Of a stretch of 64,000 bases of DNA, positions 38,014-52,189 are shown piece after piece. Below the pieces are notes generated by a model. The model ran no database searches and had not been told where the DNA came from. It was given only the letters and a program-made list of their open reading frames with translations. How positions within the stretch are numbered: the stretch's first letter is position 1; each line of letters opens with the position of its first letter. The stretch is from Torpedo marmorata (lineage: Eukaryota). Where the stretch lies: contig OZ360231.1 of the NCBI GenBank assembly GCA_977017645.1, forward strand, positions 86,304,001-86,368,000, in the 5' to 3' direction. Position numbers and translations under genes: made by a program.

Positions 38014-41000
38014 TTGGGAATTATTCCAATCAACATAGTTTCATGGAATATTAAAGGTTTGAATAGCCCTATTAAACAATGTAGAGTAATGGCACATTTG
38101 AAACAATTAAAAGCAGATGTGGCCTTTTTTCAAGAAACCCATATTAAGAATTCCGATAAAGATAGATTAATGTTTAGATGGAAGGGTCAATTTTTTCATT
38201 CCTGTTCTGAAGCTAAAATTAGAGGAGCTTTGATTTTAATTAATCAAAATATTCCATTTGTATTGCATAATAGTATATTGGACAAACAAGGTCGCTATAT
38301 TATTCTTTTAGGGAAATTATATAATAAATTCGTAGTTCTAGCAAATGTTTATGCCCCAAATATTGATGATCCGGCATTCTTTGAAAAGTTTATTTCATTT
38401 TTACCTGATTTAAATCAGTATTAATTTATTTGGGAGGTGATTTCAACTGCTGTTTGAATACGGTTTTAGACCGATCTCTTCTAAATTAACAACTCTCTCT
38501 AAATCTGCTGCATTAATACATTCCTTTATGTTGAATTTCGGTATTACAGATGTTTGGAGTTTTTTAAATCCTACTAGTTGAGAATATTCTTTCTTATCCA
38601 ATGTCCACCGTTCTTATACGAGGATAGATTATTTTTTAATTGATAATCAATTAATTTCTATGACTAAATCATGTGAATATCAAGGAATAGTTATATCTGA
38701 TCATGCCCCAGTTATTTTATTTGTGAATTTTTCTGATGTTCCACTTATAAAAAGACATTGGAGATTTAATACGATTCTCCTTGAAAATGAAGATTTCTTA
38801 AATTTTATAGAGAAACAAATACAGTTCTTTTTTGCTACTAACTCGTCTCCAACGATGTCTAATTTGATAATTTGGGACACAATGAAAGCGTATTTAAGAG
38901 GACAAATTATTTCATATACTGTTAATATTAAAAAGAAGTCTAATAAGGAAAGATCTGATTTAATTAACCAGATTAAACAAATTGACATTCAATTTGCTCA
39001 AAATAAAAATCCGGATGTATATAAAAGAAAAGTAGAGCTCAAAGCTAAATTTGATCTTCTCTCTACCTATCCAATTGAACAACAATTGTTAAAAAGTAGA
39101 AGTCTTTCTTATATTCATGGAGAAAAATCTAGTAAGTTACTAGCTGGACAATTAAAAGGAATTTCTACAAAAAAACAAATAAACAAAATTCGGATGAAAG
39201 ATGGAAAAATGACAACAGATTATTTTAAAATAAATGAGACGTTTAAGGAATTTTAATCTAACATTTACAAGTCTGAATTTGGTAATAATCATGATTTAAT
39301 GTCAGAATTTTTGGATCGGTTGGATCTTCCGGTATTATCTCAGGATGAACGTGCAAGTTTGGAGAAACCTATTTCTCAGGAGGATATAGCTGTAGCTATT
39401 TCATCATTACAGTCTGGTAAATCTCCAGGGCCAGACGGATTTCCTGTAGAATTCTATAAATCCTTCTCTAAACTGCTCGTACCTCATCTGAGTGTGGTAT
39501 TGGGTGATTCATTTAATGATTGGAAGCTTCCCGCATCATTTAATGAGGCCAGTATTTCCTTAATTCTTAAAAAGGTCAAATAATCGACAGAATGTACATC
39601 TTATAGACCCATTTCATTACTCAATGTGGATATGAAGATTTTGTCCAAAGTCTTAGCACACAGATTAGAAAATATTTTACCATAATTATAGATTCTGATC
39701 AGAATGGTTTTATTAAAAATCATTATTCTTATTATAACATTCATAGATTGTTGAATATTTTATATTTACCCTTCACCCCTGTGATGGAATGTGTTCTTTC
39801 ATTAGATGCTGAAAAAGCGTTCGATCAGGTGGAGTGGGAATATTTATTTGCTATTTTAGATAAATTCAATTTTGGTTCGGATTTTATTAAATGGATTAAA
39901 TTATTATATTCATGCACTATGGCCTCAGTTTGATCTAATTTACAACATGAATTAAGGGTGGCACGGTTGGCGTAGCGGTTAGCGCAACGCCTTAACAGCG
40001 CCAGCGATTGGGACCGGACCTGGGTTTGAATCCCGTGCTGTCTGTAAGGAGTTTGTATGCTCTCCCTGTGTCTGCGTGGGTTTTCTCCGGGGGCTCCGGT
40101 TTCCTCCCACCTTTCAAAATGTACCGGGGGTGTAGGTTAATGGGGTGTAAATTTGGCGGCACAAACTTATAGGGCCAAAATGGCCTGTTACAGTGCTGTA
40201 TGTCTAAATTTAAAAAAAATCAAATATGTTTCGGCTTAATAGAGGAACTCGTCAGGGTTGCCCGTTAAATCCTTTGCTTTTTTATATAGTATTAGAACCT
40301 CTAGCTGTGGCTCTTCGACAGTGTAGAGAATTTAAAGGTATAACTAGAAGTGGAATTGAACATAAAGTATCTCTCTATGCAGACAATTTATTGTTATTTA
40401 TTTCAAATTCTGAGGTCTCTATACCAAATATATTAACCTTGTTTACTCAATTTAGTCAATTTTCAGTTTACAAATTAAATTTACATAAGAGTGAATTATT
40501 TCATTTAAAGAGGACCTCTTATTAGTTATCCCAATTTTCCGTTTAAAATAGTGAATGATCAATTCCAATATTTAGGAATTACAATTACAAAAAGTCATAA
40601 AAATTTATTGAAAGAAAATTTTTGGGTACTAGTTAATAAGGTCAAATCACAATTAGCGGGTTGGTCACCCTTATCTATTACAATGATGGGCTGTATCAAC
40701 TCGATTAAAATGAATATTTTGCCTAAATTCCTGTACCTTTTCCAATCTTTACCAATTTTCATTCCTAAAGTTTTTTTAAATTTCATTAGATTCGGTTCTT
40801 TCTTCATATATATGGCAGGGAAAACAACCACGTATAAATAAATCCCATCTTCAAAAGATTAAAAGGAATGGAGGGTTATCTCTTCCACATTTTAGATTTT
40901 ATTACTGGGTGATTAATATTTGTAATTTGCTTCTGTTATTGCATTTTGATAAGCTAGAGAATCGCCCCTCTTGGGTGGAAATGGAATTTAAGTTTAAAAA

Positions 41001-42069
41001 AAAAACATCTATGTTGGCAATTTTAGGATTTTTTTTACCATTTTCATTTTCTAAATTAACTCATAACCCGTTATTGAGATATAGGTTGAGAATATGGGCC
41101 CAATTTAGAAAAATTTTCAGGTTTAATAGTTTCTCTCTGCCTAGTCCTATTATAGATAATCACCTTTTCCAGCCGTCTGTGATGGACATAGGATTTAGGG
41201 AATGGTATAGATTGGAAATTCATAGTTTTAATGATCTTTTTATTCGAGATAATTTTGCCTCTTTTGAACAATTGGTAAATAAATTTAATCTTACTAATAG
41301 ACATTTTTTTAGATATTTACAAATTAGACATTTTGTTCAGTCTAAACTCTCAGATTTTCCTCGAATTCCAAGTACTAACTTTCTCGATTCACTTTTTAAT
41401 CTACGGTTCTTTTTTCAACGTGAATTAACATCATGTATGTATAATTATTTATTGGAAATAAGAGTAGCTTCTATGACGGGGATTAAGAATGAATGGAAAC
41501 CCGATTTGAATGTCACATTTTCAGATGAAGATTGGTATCATACTCTTAATCTGATTAATGCCTCTTCATTCTGCGCAAGACATTGTTTATTACAATTTAA
41601 GGTGGTACATAGAATCTATATGTCTAAACTTAAACGATCACATTTTTACACTGATATTTATCCACTGTGTGAGAGGTATAAAATTTTTGAAGCCTCACTG
41701 ATACAAATGTTTTGGGAATGCCCAAATTTGGAGAGATTTTGGAAGGATATCTTTCAAACATTAACATTGATTTTCAAGATTAAAATAGAACCATGTCCTA
41801 TAATTGCCCTGTTTGGTTTTTCACGTGAACCTAATATACTTCTGTCTGCATCTCAGGAGAAAGCTTTAGCTTTTTCCACGTTGATAGCCAGACGAGCAAT
41901 TTTATTGAAATGGAAAGATGATTCACCACTGACATATAGACAGTGGTTACAGGATGTAATGTCTTATCTGAGTTTGGAGAAAATTAGATATAATATTAAA
42001 GATAGAAAGTTTCAATTTTTAAAGATATGGGGGCCATTCATAGAATACTATTATGATTGGAAGAATTAA
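38014..42069 (+). pseudogene. L1 ORF2p, multiply disrupted and SINE-interrupted
   Basis: SWNIKGL, QETH, SDH, KSPGPDG, LDAEKAFD, RQGCPL and YADN motifs; C-terminal CERY..MFWECP. Confidence 0.88.
39956..40219 (+). mobile_element. V-SINE inserted in L1-B ORF2
   Basis: Homology to 9583-9840; interrupts the RT coding sequence just before MFRLNRGTRQG. Confidence 0.85.
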
Positions 42070-42704
42070 TAAAGGTGATTGTCCCGAGGAGTCTTTGTCC
42101 GATGTCTGGAGGTCGCTACATGATCCATATCTCTTCCCTTTTTTAATATAAAGGTAACCTTGTTTAGAGGGAGGGGTTAGATTAGCATAGTTGTTAGTTT
42201 TTTTTTCTTTTTTTTTGATCTTGTTTTTTTTTCTTTTTATTACCCTTTTTTTAGGATACTTACATGGAATAAGAGTTTTAACATGAATTCAGAACTTGGT
42301 CAATATGGCCGTATGATTTTTTTTCTTTATATATGTATAAATATGAGATGATGTTTTAAGTGTTTACCTTAGCTTGTTACTCTGTATACATGTTTATTTG
42401 TTAAAACTCAATAAAAATATTTTAAAAAGAAAAAGCACATGGCCCACTGCACTGTCATCTTCATGGGTACTACATGGTGTCTCAGGTTAGAATGGTCCCT
42501 TTAATTTTTGCTCAGACACGCCTTTCTCCTGTTGAGGCGCACGTGGTTTCTGAAAGCAGGATGGACACTTAACCATCACACCAGCCATCATCATCACTGC
42601 TGTGCTCCCAACATCCTCAGGTCTGAAGAAGTCACAAGCACCAACAGTCTTGGTGCATTTTCCCATTGGACACATGATCTTTTCCTCATGGAATCACAGT
42701 CTGA

Positions 42705-43100
42705 AATAATACAGAAGAGAGCCATTCAGGTCTGTGCACCGAGACCAGCTATTTGAAAGACTAAACCAATTAGTCCCACTTCCCATAGCCTGACAAATAT
42801 TCATCCTTTTAGTCTTCATCCAATTTACTTTTGATACCTAATATTGAAACTGTTGTTATCATTCTTTCAGACAGTGAATTCCTGAAAATAATTACTTATT
42901 TCACAAAAAAAAGTTTCCCTGTCTCTGTCTATTTTTTTTTTTTGCTGCTTATATTAAGCCTGTGTCATCTGGTCATTGACCCTCAGTCAATGGAAACAAT
43001 TCCTCCTTACTTACTCTGTCAAGGCCTTTATAATTTGAGCAATTCTATTAAACCTTCTCCTTAACTTTTTCTGATCTCATGAGAACTAGCCCAGCTTATA
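42705..43100 (-). mobile_element. Old CR1 3' fragment
   Basis: CR1-like 3' end (acagaagagagccattcagg) followed by degraded antisense RT sequence. Confidence 0.45.
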
Positions 43101-43721
43101 TAGTTCATTCACTTAAGAATAGTGGGAACATAATGACTTCAATTTTCAAAGTGTCTTCCATAAGTTCAGGATGTCCAAAAGTACTTTGCAGTAAATGAAG
43201 TACTTTTGAGTAGTTGTCACTGTTGTAATAAAGGAAAAGATGGCAGCAGATTTGCGCTTGACAACATGTCACAAACAATTTGGCGGCAAAAAATAATGCT
43301 GGATAATCTTTTTTGGTGATATTGTTTGAAGATTGCATGGTTTCAGGTAAATCTTTGCTGTCACAATAGATTAACCTATCAGCAATATCTACCATTATTG
43401 TAAGCAAGCACTGCAAATTTATTCCCATTATGAGATTTGCCCATGGCCATTTTACCTATCAGAGTGACATTAATCATCATCCGAGTCATTATCTATTTAA
43501 TAGTGTTGCCTTGGAGTGGATATCAGACAAAACATTTTTTTTGAATTTGAAAACTTACAAACTAAAGTGATGTCATCTACTTTGAAAGAAGATTATATTA
43601 ATCCGATCTGATAGTATTTTACTTGCATGTCAACATGATAACTAAAATAATACAATAAATATATTTCAATACTAAAATTCTTGTCCATATTCTTTGCCAT
43701 GATAGGCCATCTAAATTAAAT

Positions 43722-43845
43722 AAGGTCTGCAGGTGCTGGGGTCGAGTGCAATACACAAACCTGCTGGAGAAACTGAGCAGGTTACGCAGCATACATAGGA
43801 AGTAAAGGGTAATTAACGTTTCAGCCCTGCGCCCTTCCTTATGTA
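43722..43845 (-). repeat. PLE pLTR-like fragment, diverged family
   Basis: gtctgcag...tgctggagaaactgagcagg...aacgtttcag has the same layout as the other pLTRs. Confidence 0.6.
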
Positions 43846-43864
43846 TGACGGGCAAACTAATGTC

Positions 43865-44350
43865 AGCAACCTCTCCTCCGCCAATGTTCTCTGCAAGATG
43901 AGATTCAAATCCAAATAGCTCTGCTGGGCATCATTTGCATGCCTGACACTGACACCAAATTGTCAAAACAAGCACTCTCCGCTGCGTTCAGTCATGGTAA
44001 GAAATTTTTAAGACAACAGAGGGAACACTTTAAGGATGTTCTCAAAGTACATTGAAGAAAGGTTAACATTCTCACCTACTTGTGGATTTCTGTGCTCATG
44101 AACATCTGGAAGGTAATAAGCACTTCAATACTGGTAGCTCAAAGAAGCCATGTGCAAAAAGAGGAAGGAGCAAAAACATCCAAAACAACTCACCTACCTG
44201 CCTCATCAAGCATCAAAAGTCCCAATTATGGCAACGTCTGAAGATCCCGTCACTTATTAAGTCATTAGTCAATTCAGAAACCAGAGAAATGGACTGGAGC
44301 CTGACATACTGCCAAAGAAGCAGCAATGAAGCATCTCAAAGACATTCAGA
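43865..44350 (+). mobile_element. Degraded RTE-clade LINE 3' fragment
   Basis: Remnants of QL.WAGH..RMPD..LPKQ..HGK..QR..FKDVLK. Confidence 0.45.
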
Positions 44351-44720
44351 AAAATGCTGATCCATAGCAACCTTGGCAGCTGTTAGGACAAATGATCAAA
44401 AGGTTGGACAAGGAGGTAAGTTGTACAGACATGAATCGAGGAATAAGAAGTAGAGGTGGAAAGGTTTAGGAAAGGAACAGAGGAAATTACAGCTGCCAAT
44501 GTTAATGCAATTACAATCAGGAGTGCGCACGATGCCACAGTAGTTGTGGAAACCAGATGTCTTAGAGTTACGGTAACAGTTTACAGTTAAATCGTGAAGA
44601 AAGCACGTCAGCGCCTCTACTTCCTCAGGAGTTTGCGGAGGTTTGGTATGACACCAGAAACGCTGGCAGATTTCTACAGATGTGTGGTGGAGTGTGCTGA
44701 CCGGCTGCATCATGGTCTGT

Positions 44721-46521
44721 AGACCGGGATCTTTACAAAAAATCCAGGCACGACTTGCGGAAGGCCATCTCTGAAGCAAAGTGGCAATTCCAGAGGAAGC
44801 TAGAGACAGAGACAGAGAGGCAGGGAGTGCAGGCCATTACAGCCTACAAAGCGAGGGCGAAAACTATAGACGGCTGTGATGCTTCACTACCCGATGAGCT
44901 GAACACCTTCTATGCCCGCTTTGAGAAGAAGAACAAAACAGTGCCTACTAGAATCCCTGAAAAGGCTGAGGACCCTGTGATATCTGTCTCTGAGGGCGAC
45001 GTCAGAACATCATTCAAGAGGGTGAACCCACGCATGGCGTCAGGCCCTGACGGTGTACCTGGCAGGGTATTGAAAATCTGCGCCAACCAACTAGCCGGAG
45101 TGTTCACGGACATTTTCAACCTCTCATTGCGGCAGTCAGAGGTTCCCACCTGCTTCAAAAGGGCATCAATCATCCCGGTACCCAAGAAGAGTAGTGTGGG
45201 CTGCCTCAACGACTACCGCCCAGTAGCACTAACTTCTACTGTGATGAAATGCTTTGAGAGGCTGGTCATGGCCAGAATTAACACATACCAAAGCAAAGAT
45301 CTGGACCCACTGCAATTCGCCTATCACCACAATCGCTCCACATCAGATGCAATATCGCTGGCTCTCCACTCAGCTCTGGATCACCTCGAAAGCAGCAATT
45401 CATACATACGGCTGCTCTTCATCGACTACAGCTCGGCTTTCAATACCATTATTCCCTCGATGCTGGTCAAGAAGCTACAAACTCTTGGCCTCTGTACCCC
45501 ACTCTGCAACTGGATCCTTGACTTTCTCATCGGAAGACCACAGTCAGTACGAATTGGAAACAACGTCTCCTCCTCACTGATTATCAACACAGGCGTACCC
45601 CAAGGATGCGTGCTTTGTCCACTGCTCTACTCGTTATACACCCATGACTGTGTGGCCAGGCACAATTCCAATGCCATATACAAGTTTGCTGATGACACCA
45701 CAGTTGTCGGCAGAATCACAAACGGCAATGAGCAAGCGTACAGGAGGGAGATAGATCAGCTCGTTGAATGGTGTAATGGCAACAACCTTGAGCTCAACGT
45801 CAGCAAAACCAAGGAGATGATTGTGGACTTCAGGAGGAAGTCAGGGGAACACGACCCAGTCCTCATCGAGGGCTCAGTCGTGGAGAGGGTAAAGAACTTC
45901 AAATTCCTGGGTGTCAACATCTCTGAGGATCTGTCCTGGAGCATCCACGTTGATGCAATCACAAAGAAGGCTCGTCAGCGGCTATACTTTGTGAGGAGTC
46001 TGCGGAGATTCGGTATGTCACCGAAGACTCTCGTAAACTTCTACAGATGTACCGTGGAGAGCATTCTGGCTGGTTGCATCACTGCCTGGTATGGAGGCGC
46101 CAACTCCCAGGACAAGAGTAATATCCAGAGGGTTGTTAACTCGGCCTGTGACATCACAGGCACCAAACTTCACTCCATCGAGGACATCTACATGAGGCGG
46201 TGTCTTAAAAAAGCAGCCTCTGTCCTCAAAGACCCCCACCACCCAGGCCATGCCCTCTTCACTCTGCTTCCATCGGGAAAAAGGTACAGGAGCCTAAAGA
46301 CGAGCACTCAACGGCACAAGGACAGCTTCTTCCCCGCTGCCATCAGATTCCTGAATAATCAATGAACCAAAGACACTGCCTTACTTTTCGTGCACTATTG
46401 TTTATAATTTTTTAGTAATGTCGTTAGATGGTTAATATGAATGTTAATTGCACTATGATGCTGCCGCAAAACACCGAATTTCATGACTTGTTCATGACAA
46501 GAGATTCTGATTCTGATTCTG
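44721..46521 (+). mobile_element. Rex1/Babar family B, 5'-truncated, young
   Basis: Uninterrupted 536-aa ORF; (GATTCT)n tail. Confidence 0.88.
44755..46365 (+). CDS. Rex1/Babar reverse transcriptase (no endonuclease; element-derived)
   Basis: SGPDG, DYRPVALTS, LFIDYSSAFNT, PQGCVL, KFADD and FLG motifs; no stops in 536 aa. Confidence 0.85.
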   Translation: MRKAISEAKWQFQRKLETETERQGVQAITAYKARAKTIDGCDASLPDELNTFYARFEKKNKTVPTRIPEKAEDPVISVSEGDVRTSFKRVNPRMASGPDGVPGRVLKICANQLAGVFTDIFNLSLRQSEVPTCFKRASIIPVPKKSSVGCLNDYRPVALTSTVMKCFERLVMARINTYQSKDLDPLQFAYHHNRSTSDAISLALHSALDHLESSNSYIRLLFIDYSSAFNTIIPSMLVKKLQTLGLCTPLCNWILDFLIGRPQSVRIGNNVSSSLIINTGVPQGCVLCPLLYSLYTHDCVARHNSNAIYKFADDTTVVGRITNGNEQAYRREIDQLVEWCNGNNLELNVSKTKEMIVDFRRKSGEHDPVLIEGSVVERVKNFKFLGVNISEDLSWSIHVDAITKKARQRLYFVRSLRRFGMSPKTLVNFYRCTVESILAGCITAWYGGANSQDKSNIQRVVNSACDITGTKLHSIEDIYMRRCLKKAASVLKDPHHPGHALFTLLPSGKRYRSLKTSTQRHKDSFFPAAIRFLNNQ

Positions 46522-47069
46522 TAGGGGGATACCAATACCCCTGAGGGGAAAGCCCAGCAAAAGGTAGTGGACACAGCCCAGGACATCACAGGCAAAACCC
46601 TCCCCACTATCGAGAACATCTACAGGGAACGCTGCCGTCAGAGAGCAGCAACAATCATCAAGGATCCACACCACCCAGCACACGCTCTGTTCTCGCTGCT
46701 GCCATCAGGAAAGAGGTATAGGTGCCACAAGACTCGCACCACCAGGTTCAGGAACAGCTGCTACCCCTCCACCATCAGACTCCTCAACAACAAACTCAAT
46801 CAAAGACTCATTGAAGGACTCTTACTTGTGCTCTTTATTGATTTTTTTTATTCTCTCTGTATTGCACAGTTTGGTTACATTCATTATCTGTTTACAGTTC
46901 TTTATTTGCTTACATGTATACGCTGTGTACAGTTTTTTTCACTATCAATTAGTGGTAATTCTGCCTCGCCCGCAGAAAAAAGAATCTCAGTATTGTATGT
47001 GATGTCATGTATGTACTCTGACAATAAATCTGAAATCTGAAATCTTCAGTTTATTTGTTCAGTGTTAAT

Positions 47070-47345
47070 GGGGCACGGTTGCGTAGTGGTTAGCGCAACA
47101 CCTTTACAGCGCCAGCGATCGGGACCAGGATTCGAATCCCACGCTGTCTGTAAGGTGTTGGTACGTTCTCCCTGTATCTGAATGGGTTTTCCCCGAGAGC
47201 TCCGGTTTCCTCCCACCGTTCGAAACGTACCGGGGGTGTGGGTTAATTGGGTGTAAATTGGGTGTCACAGACTCGTGGGGCGAAATGGCCTGTTACCATG
47301 CTGTATGTCTAAATTTAAAAATTTTAAATTTAAATTTAAATAAAT
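47070..47345 (+). mobile_element. V-SINE (HE1-like)
   Basis: B-box gattcgaatccc, V-domain, and an aaattt-repeat tail. Confidence 0.85.
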
Positions 47346-47623
47346 ACATAAAAATCAAAGAATGGTTCTTCTGTGAGCGGTCCAGCAAGATAGCTCTAAC
47401 ATTCATACAGCCAAGTAAAAGAGAGGATCTGCAAGGAGTTCAGAGGATTTTGCCATGCTTCACAGGAAGGGTTGGAGGAGGTATCAGTCATAGGAAAATA
47501 CAAGACAAATGCCTGGGTACAAGAGGTCAGGGTTATTGATACAGAATGAAGGAAGTTTGATGAATCACATTACAAAAGGAAGAGGCAGAAAGCCAACTGG
47601 AAAGCATTGGAATGGTAGGATTT

Positions 47624-50566
47624 AGACATTTTTTTAGATATTTACAAATTAGACATTTTGTTCAGTCCAAGCTTTCAGATTTTCCTCGAATCTCAAATAC
47701 TAACTTCATCGATTCACTTTTTAACTTACGTTTTTTTTTCAGCATGGATTAACATCATGCATATATAACGATTTATTGGATATAAGATCAGCCTCTATGG
47801 CGGGAATTAAGAACGATTGGGATCGTGATTTGAATACCACAGTTTCAGCTTGATTAATGCCTCTTCATTCTGTGCAAGACATTGTTTATTACAATTTAAG
47901 GTGGTACATAGAATCCATATGTCTAAACTTAAATTATCTAGTTTTTATGCAGATATTGATCCACAATGTGAGAAGTGTAAAATTTTTGAAGCCTCACTCA
48001 TTTTTTTTTTTTTTTATAATTTTATTTAAATTTTAAAATCACAAAATACATGAATCAAAAATAGTATATCATTTAAAATACATGTGATATATTACCTCCC
48101 CCCTCCCACCCTCCCCTCCCCAACCCCCCCAGCACTATTCTAAAAAAAAAAGAAGAAAAAAAAAGAATGTTAGTTATAAAGAAAAAAAAGAAAAGAGTTG
48201 AATAATAAAGAATTAAAGAGTTAAAGTGAGGAGAAAACAAATTACAAGCTAATTCTATTTATATATTGGAGGTTATTTTTGCCAGCGGTACCAACTTCTA
48301 GAGAATTAATTCATACCCATAATTCTCATATATGGGCTCCAAATTTTCAAAAAGAAATGATATTTATCATGTAAATTATATGTAATTTTTTCCAATGGTA
48401 TACAAGAACGTAATTCTGCATGTAATCTATCTAAACTCAAATCTAAATCTGATTTCCAAGTAATAGCGATACATTTTTTTGAAACCGCTAAAACAATTCG
48501 TAAAAATTCTATTTGATACATATTCAATCTATTTCTAATACTAAATTTTTTAATATCTCCAAATAAAAATAGCATAGGATCCATTGGAACCGCAATATTA
48601 AAAATTCTATCCAAAAAATCCTTAACTTTAGACCAAAAATTTTGAATTTTTAAACATGACCATGTACAGTGTACAAAAGAACCTATTTCATCCCTACATC
48701 TAAAACACATATCTGATAGTGCCGGATTAAATTTCTTTAATTTTTTAGGTGTTAAATATAATTGATGAAAAAAATTATATTGTACTAATCTATATCTAAC
48801 ATTAATAATTTTGGTCATACTCAATTTACATAATTCTTTCCAATGTTTTTCATCTATACTAATATTTAAATCTGATTCCCAATTTAATCTTGATTTATAT
48901 AATCCTACCTTAGGCATCTTTCTCTGAAGTAATCTATACATTTGTGATATAAACTTGTTAACATTTCCATTAGTAATTAATAATTCTAATCCATCCTGTC
49001 TTGGAGTTATTAATTGATTCCCCAATTTCTCAACTAAAAATCCTTTAACCTGATAATAAGCCAAAATCGTATTATCCATTATTCCAAATTTTTCTTTCAA
49101 CCTAGAGAATGTAACAAATCTTCCAGCCTCAAAACAATCTTTAATCTTCTTAATTCCTTTTTGAAACCATAGTTTTAAAAATTGATTATCAATAGAAAAA
49201 GGTAACAATAAATTCTGATACAATGGCATATTCAAAGATAATGACCCTTTTCGTCCTATCTCATTGTCTAACTGAGTCCAGATTTCCAGTAAATGTTTAA
49301 TAATCGGTGATTTTTTCTTTTTAACTAATAATAATTTAGAATTCCATTTATAAATAATATCTTCCTTATATCTTTCCCCTATATTATTCAATTCTATATT
49401 AATCCAAGCAGTAGATTTAGTTAAATCAAAAAATTCTTTAATAAACTTTAATTGTGCTGCCTTATAATAATATTGAAAATTGGGGAGTTGTAATCCACCC
49501 ATCTCATATTCCCAAGTTAATTTATCCATACTTACCCTTGCTAATTTTCCTTTCCATAAAAATTTTCTAACAATGATTTTTAAGTCTTTAAAAATTTTTT
49601 GAGGAATTCCAAAAGGTATAGATTGAAAAAGGTATTGAACTCTTGGAAAGATATTCATTTTAATACAATTCACTCTTCCCATTAGGGTTATAGGTAAATC
49701 TTTCCAATTTTCCAAATCTTTCTTTATTTTCTGAAATAGAGGTATATAATTTAATTTATATAAATTTTCCAATTTTGTATCTACTTTAACTCCCAAATAT
49801 TTAATTGCTTCTTTAACCTCACTCATTCATATGTTTTGGGAATGCCCAAATTTAGAGAGATTTTGGAAAGATATTTTCTAAACTTTATCGACAATTTTTA
49901 AGATTAAAATAGAACCATGTCCGATAATTGCTCTGTTTGGTTTTTCACGTGAACCAAATATACTTCTGTCTGCATCTCAGGAGAAAGTTTTAGCCTTTTC
50001 CACGTTGTTAGCCAGACGAGCAATTCTATTGAAATGGAAAGATGATTCCCTCACCTACACATATACAGTGGTTACAGGATGTAATGTCTTATTTGAGCTT
50101 GGAGAAAATTAGATATAATATTAAAGATAGAATGTTCCAATTTTTAAAGATATGGGGCCCATTCATAGAATACTATCAAGATTGGAAGAATTAATAACTG
50201 TGAATTTCCCGAGGAGTCTCTGTCCGATGTCTGGAGGTCGCTACAGGATCCATATTTCTTCCCCTTTTTTTCACTATAAAGGTAACCTTGTTTAGAGGGA
50301 GTTTTAGGGTTTTTTTTATTTTTAAATTTTTTTAATATTATATTATTCTTTTCAGTTTAATAATTTGAAATATGAGTTTTAACATGAATTTACACTATAT
50401 TCATAACTTGTCTCTCGTTTGAATTTAGGAACTGGTTAATGCAGTTCCATTTGTTTTTTCTATAGAAATGTATGAATATGAGATGACTTTTTATTTGTTT
50501 TTCTTAATTTTTTTTTCTGTATACATGTTTATATGTTAAACTCAATAAAAATATTTTAAAAAGAAA
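47624..50566 (+). mobile_element. L1 family B 3' fragment split by an L1 family A insertion
   Basis: Collinear with 41297-42432; TSD ggaatggtaggattt at 47609-47623 and 50567-50581. Confidence 0.88.
48003..49816 (-). mobile_element. L1 family A (A2), 5'-truncated, open 506-aa frame
   Basis: ORF 48306-49826 is near-identical to 14563-15786; TSD cctcactcatt at 47992-48002 and 49817-49827. Confidence 0.9.
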
Positions 50567-52189
50567 GGAATGGTAGGATTTGAAGAAACGGAAGCAGGGT
50601 GAGTATTCCAGCATCACCCAGCCAAAAAAAAGTAAGTTCACATTTTGTTTCTGTTGGTGTAAAAAAAACTATTACATGAAAATGTAATTTTGAGAAAGTA
50701 ATTTGAAACCAGTTGCTAGTGGAATTTATCAAAGCAAATAGCCAAAATAGTAAAGAAAGAAATATGTAGTACTAAATTATACCATAATCTAAAATAAATT
50801 GTTTTCTTCCTCTTCAGCCTCTCTCCTTCTTTAATGTCCTTGTTCTGTTCAAACACATTTAATTTTGTGAGAGTGAGAGAGTAATTGTAAACAAAGTAAG
50901 GAAATAAATAGGTAAGAGGCTGGGCAATAGTAAACCCAGCTGCTGTGGCTCTGATATGGGTGATTTTATTTCCTGTAATATGACTGAAGGGCTGGCCATC
51001 AAGTTGTATTAAGAAATAGGCCCAGCTTCTATTTTGATGCTGTATTTTCCACTGAACACCCACCTTTGCCAATCCAATTTCTCTCATTTATTTAAATCCT
51101 CTGAAACTAACATCACATTTCCTACTATAAAAACAAAACAAAACATGTTCAACTACATTCACCTCTTGTTTACAACGTCACCCTTAACTTCCCAAAATAC
51201 TCTATTCCTCTGACCTCATCTATTATTTCCTTCCCTCCAAATTTTTTTTTTGTACATTAGTTTCTGATTCGTGCTCCACTTTCCTCTGACATCCCAAAGA
51301 TGTGCTGGTAGGTTACTTGAATGCTGTAAAGTACCACTTTATAATAGAATCAAAGGGCAATGATGGATATGTGAAAAAGAATAAGTTGCAAGGCTGCAGG
51401 GAAATAAAGAGGGGGTGGGGTGAGAATGGGACCCTGCTGGAATTCAGCATTGACGATGGGCCAAATGGCTTCCCTCTATGTCATAATTTGTAAGTAATCC
51501 CTTCAGCCATCTGTGCCCCACTCTCTGGAAATCCCTTCCTAAACCTGCCTTGGAGAGCTAACTCTTTGCACAAACTTTTGGACACACTTTTAGATCCTTC
51601 TTTGGCTTGGAGATGTTCTCTGAAGCGTGTTGGGGATATTTTTACCCTAAAAATGCCAAAACAAATGTAGATTGTTGACATTTAGCAAAAGTGTGTAGAA
51701 CTAATGCTTGAGCCTACTTTACTGTTCAGCACATCATGTTTGCCAAGGGAACATAGATTCATGCCAGGTGTTAGTTATGTTCATTAGCACTGCTGTTTCG
51801 GCAAGGTTAGTCCACTTGCATGGCATTTACACTGGCTTGGCTCCAATGCTTGGAAAATAATAATAAATTGTCATCTGCACAATAACAGTCACTGGATTTC
51901 AATGTTATTCATGGCATGTCAAGTAATTTGAGATGTTTCTAAGAAAGATGTTTCAGAAATGTATATTCTTCTTTCCACTACTTAGTGAATATTAAATTTA
52001 ATGACAAGTTACAAGAAGCATATACAAGTTAGAAAAAGGGAGAAATGGTCAATTATCTGACCCCTAAGTGCACATAAGGTAGAAAAGGTGTTATTACAAT
52101 GTTGCAAAGCTGAACTGATACCCCCGACTGGTGATTCAGTCTAGACGAGATCCTGCTACAAACCCTGACCTGGCAGATTAAAATACCTA

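Larger units (their letters stand above)
35429..42432 (+). mobile_element. Full-length L1 family B (5' UTR, ORF1, ~1.6 kb inter-ORF spacer, ORF2, 3' UTR), degraded
   Basis: TSD aagcacatggccca at 35415-35428 and 42433-42446; both ORFs are recognisable. Confidence 0.9.
44592..47045 (+). mobile_element. Rex1/Babar family A 3' fragment split by a family B insertion
   Basis: 44592-44720 and 46522-47045 are collinear with 3820-4487; tail tctgaaatctgaaatct. Confidence 0.85.
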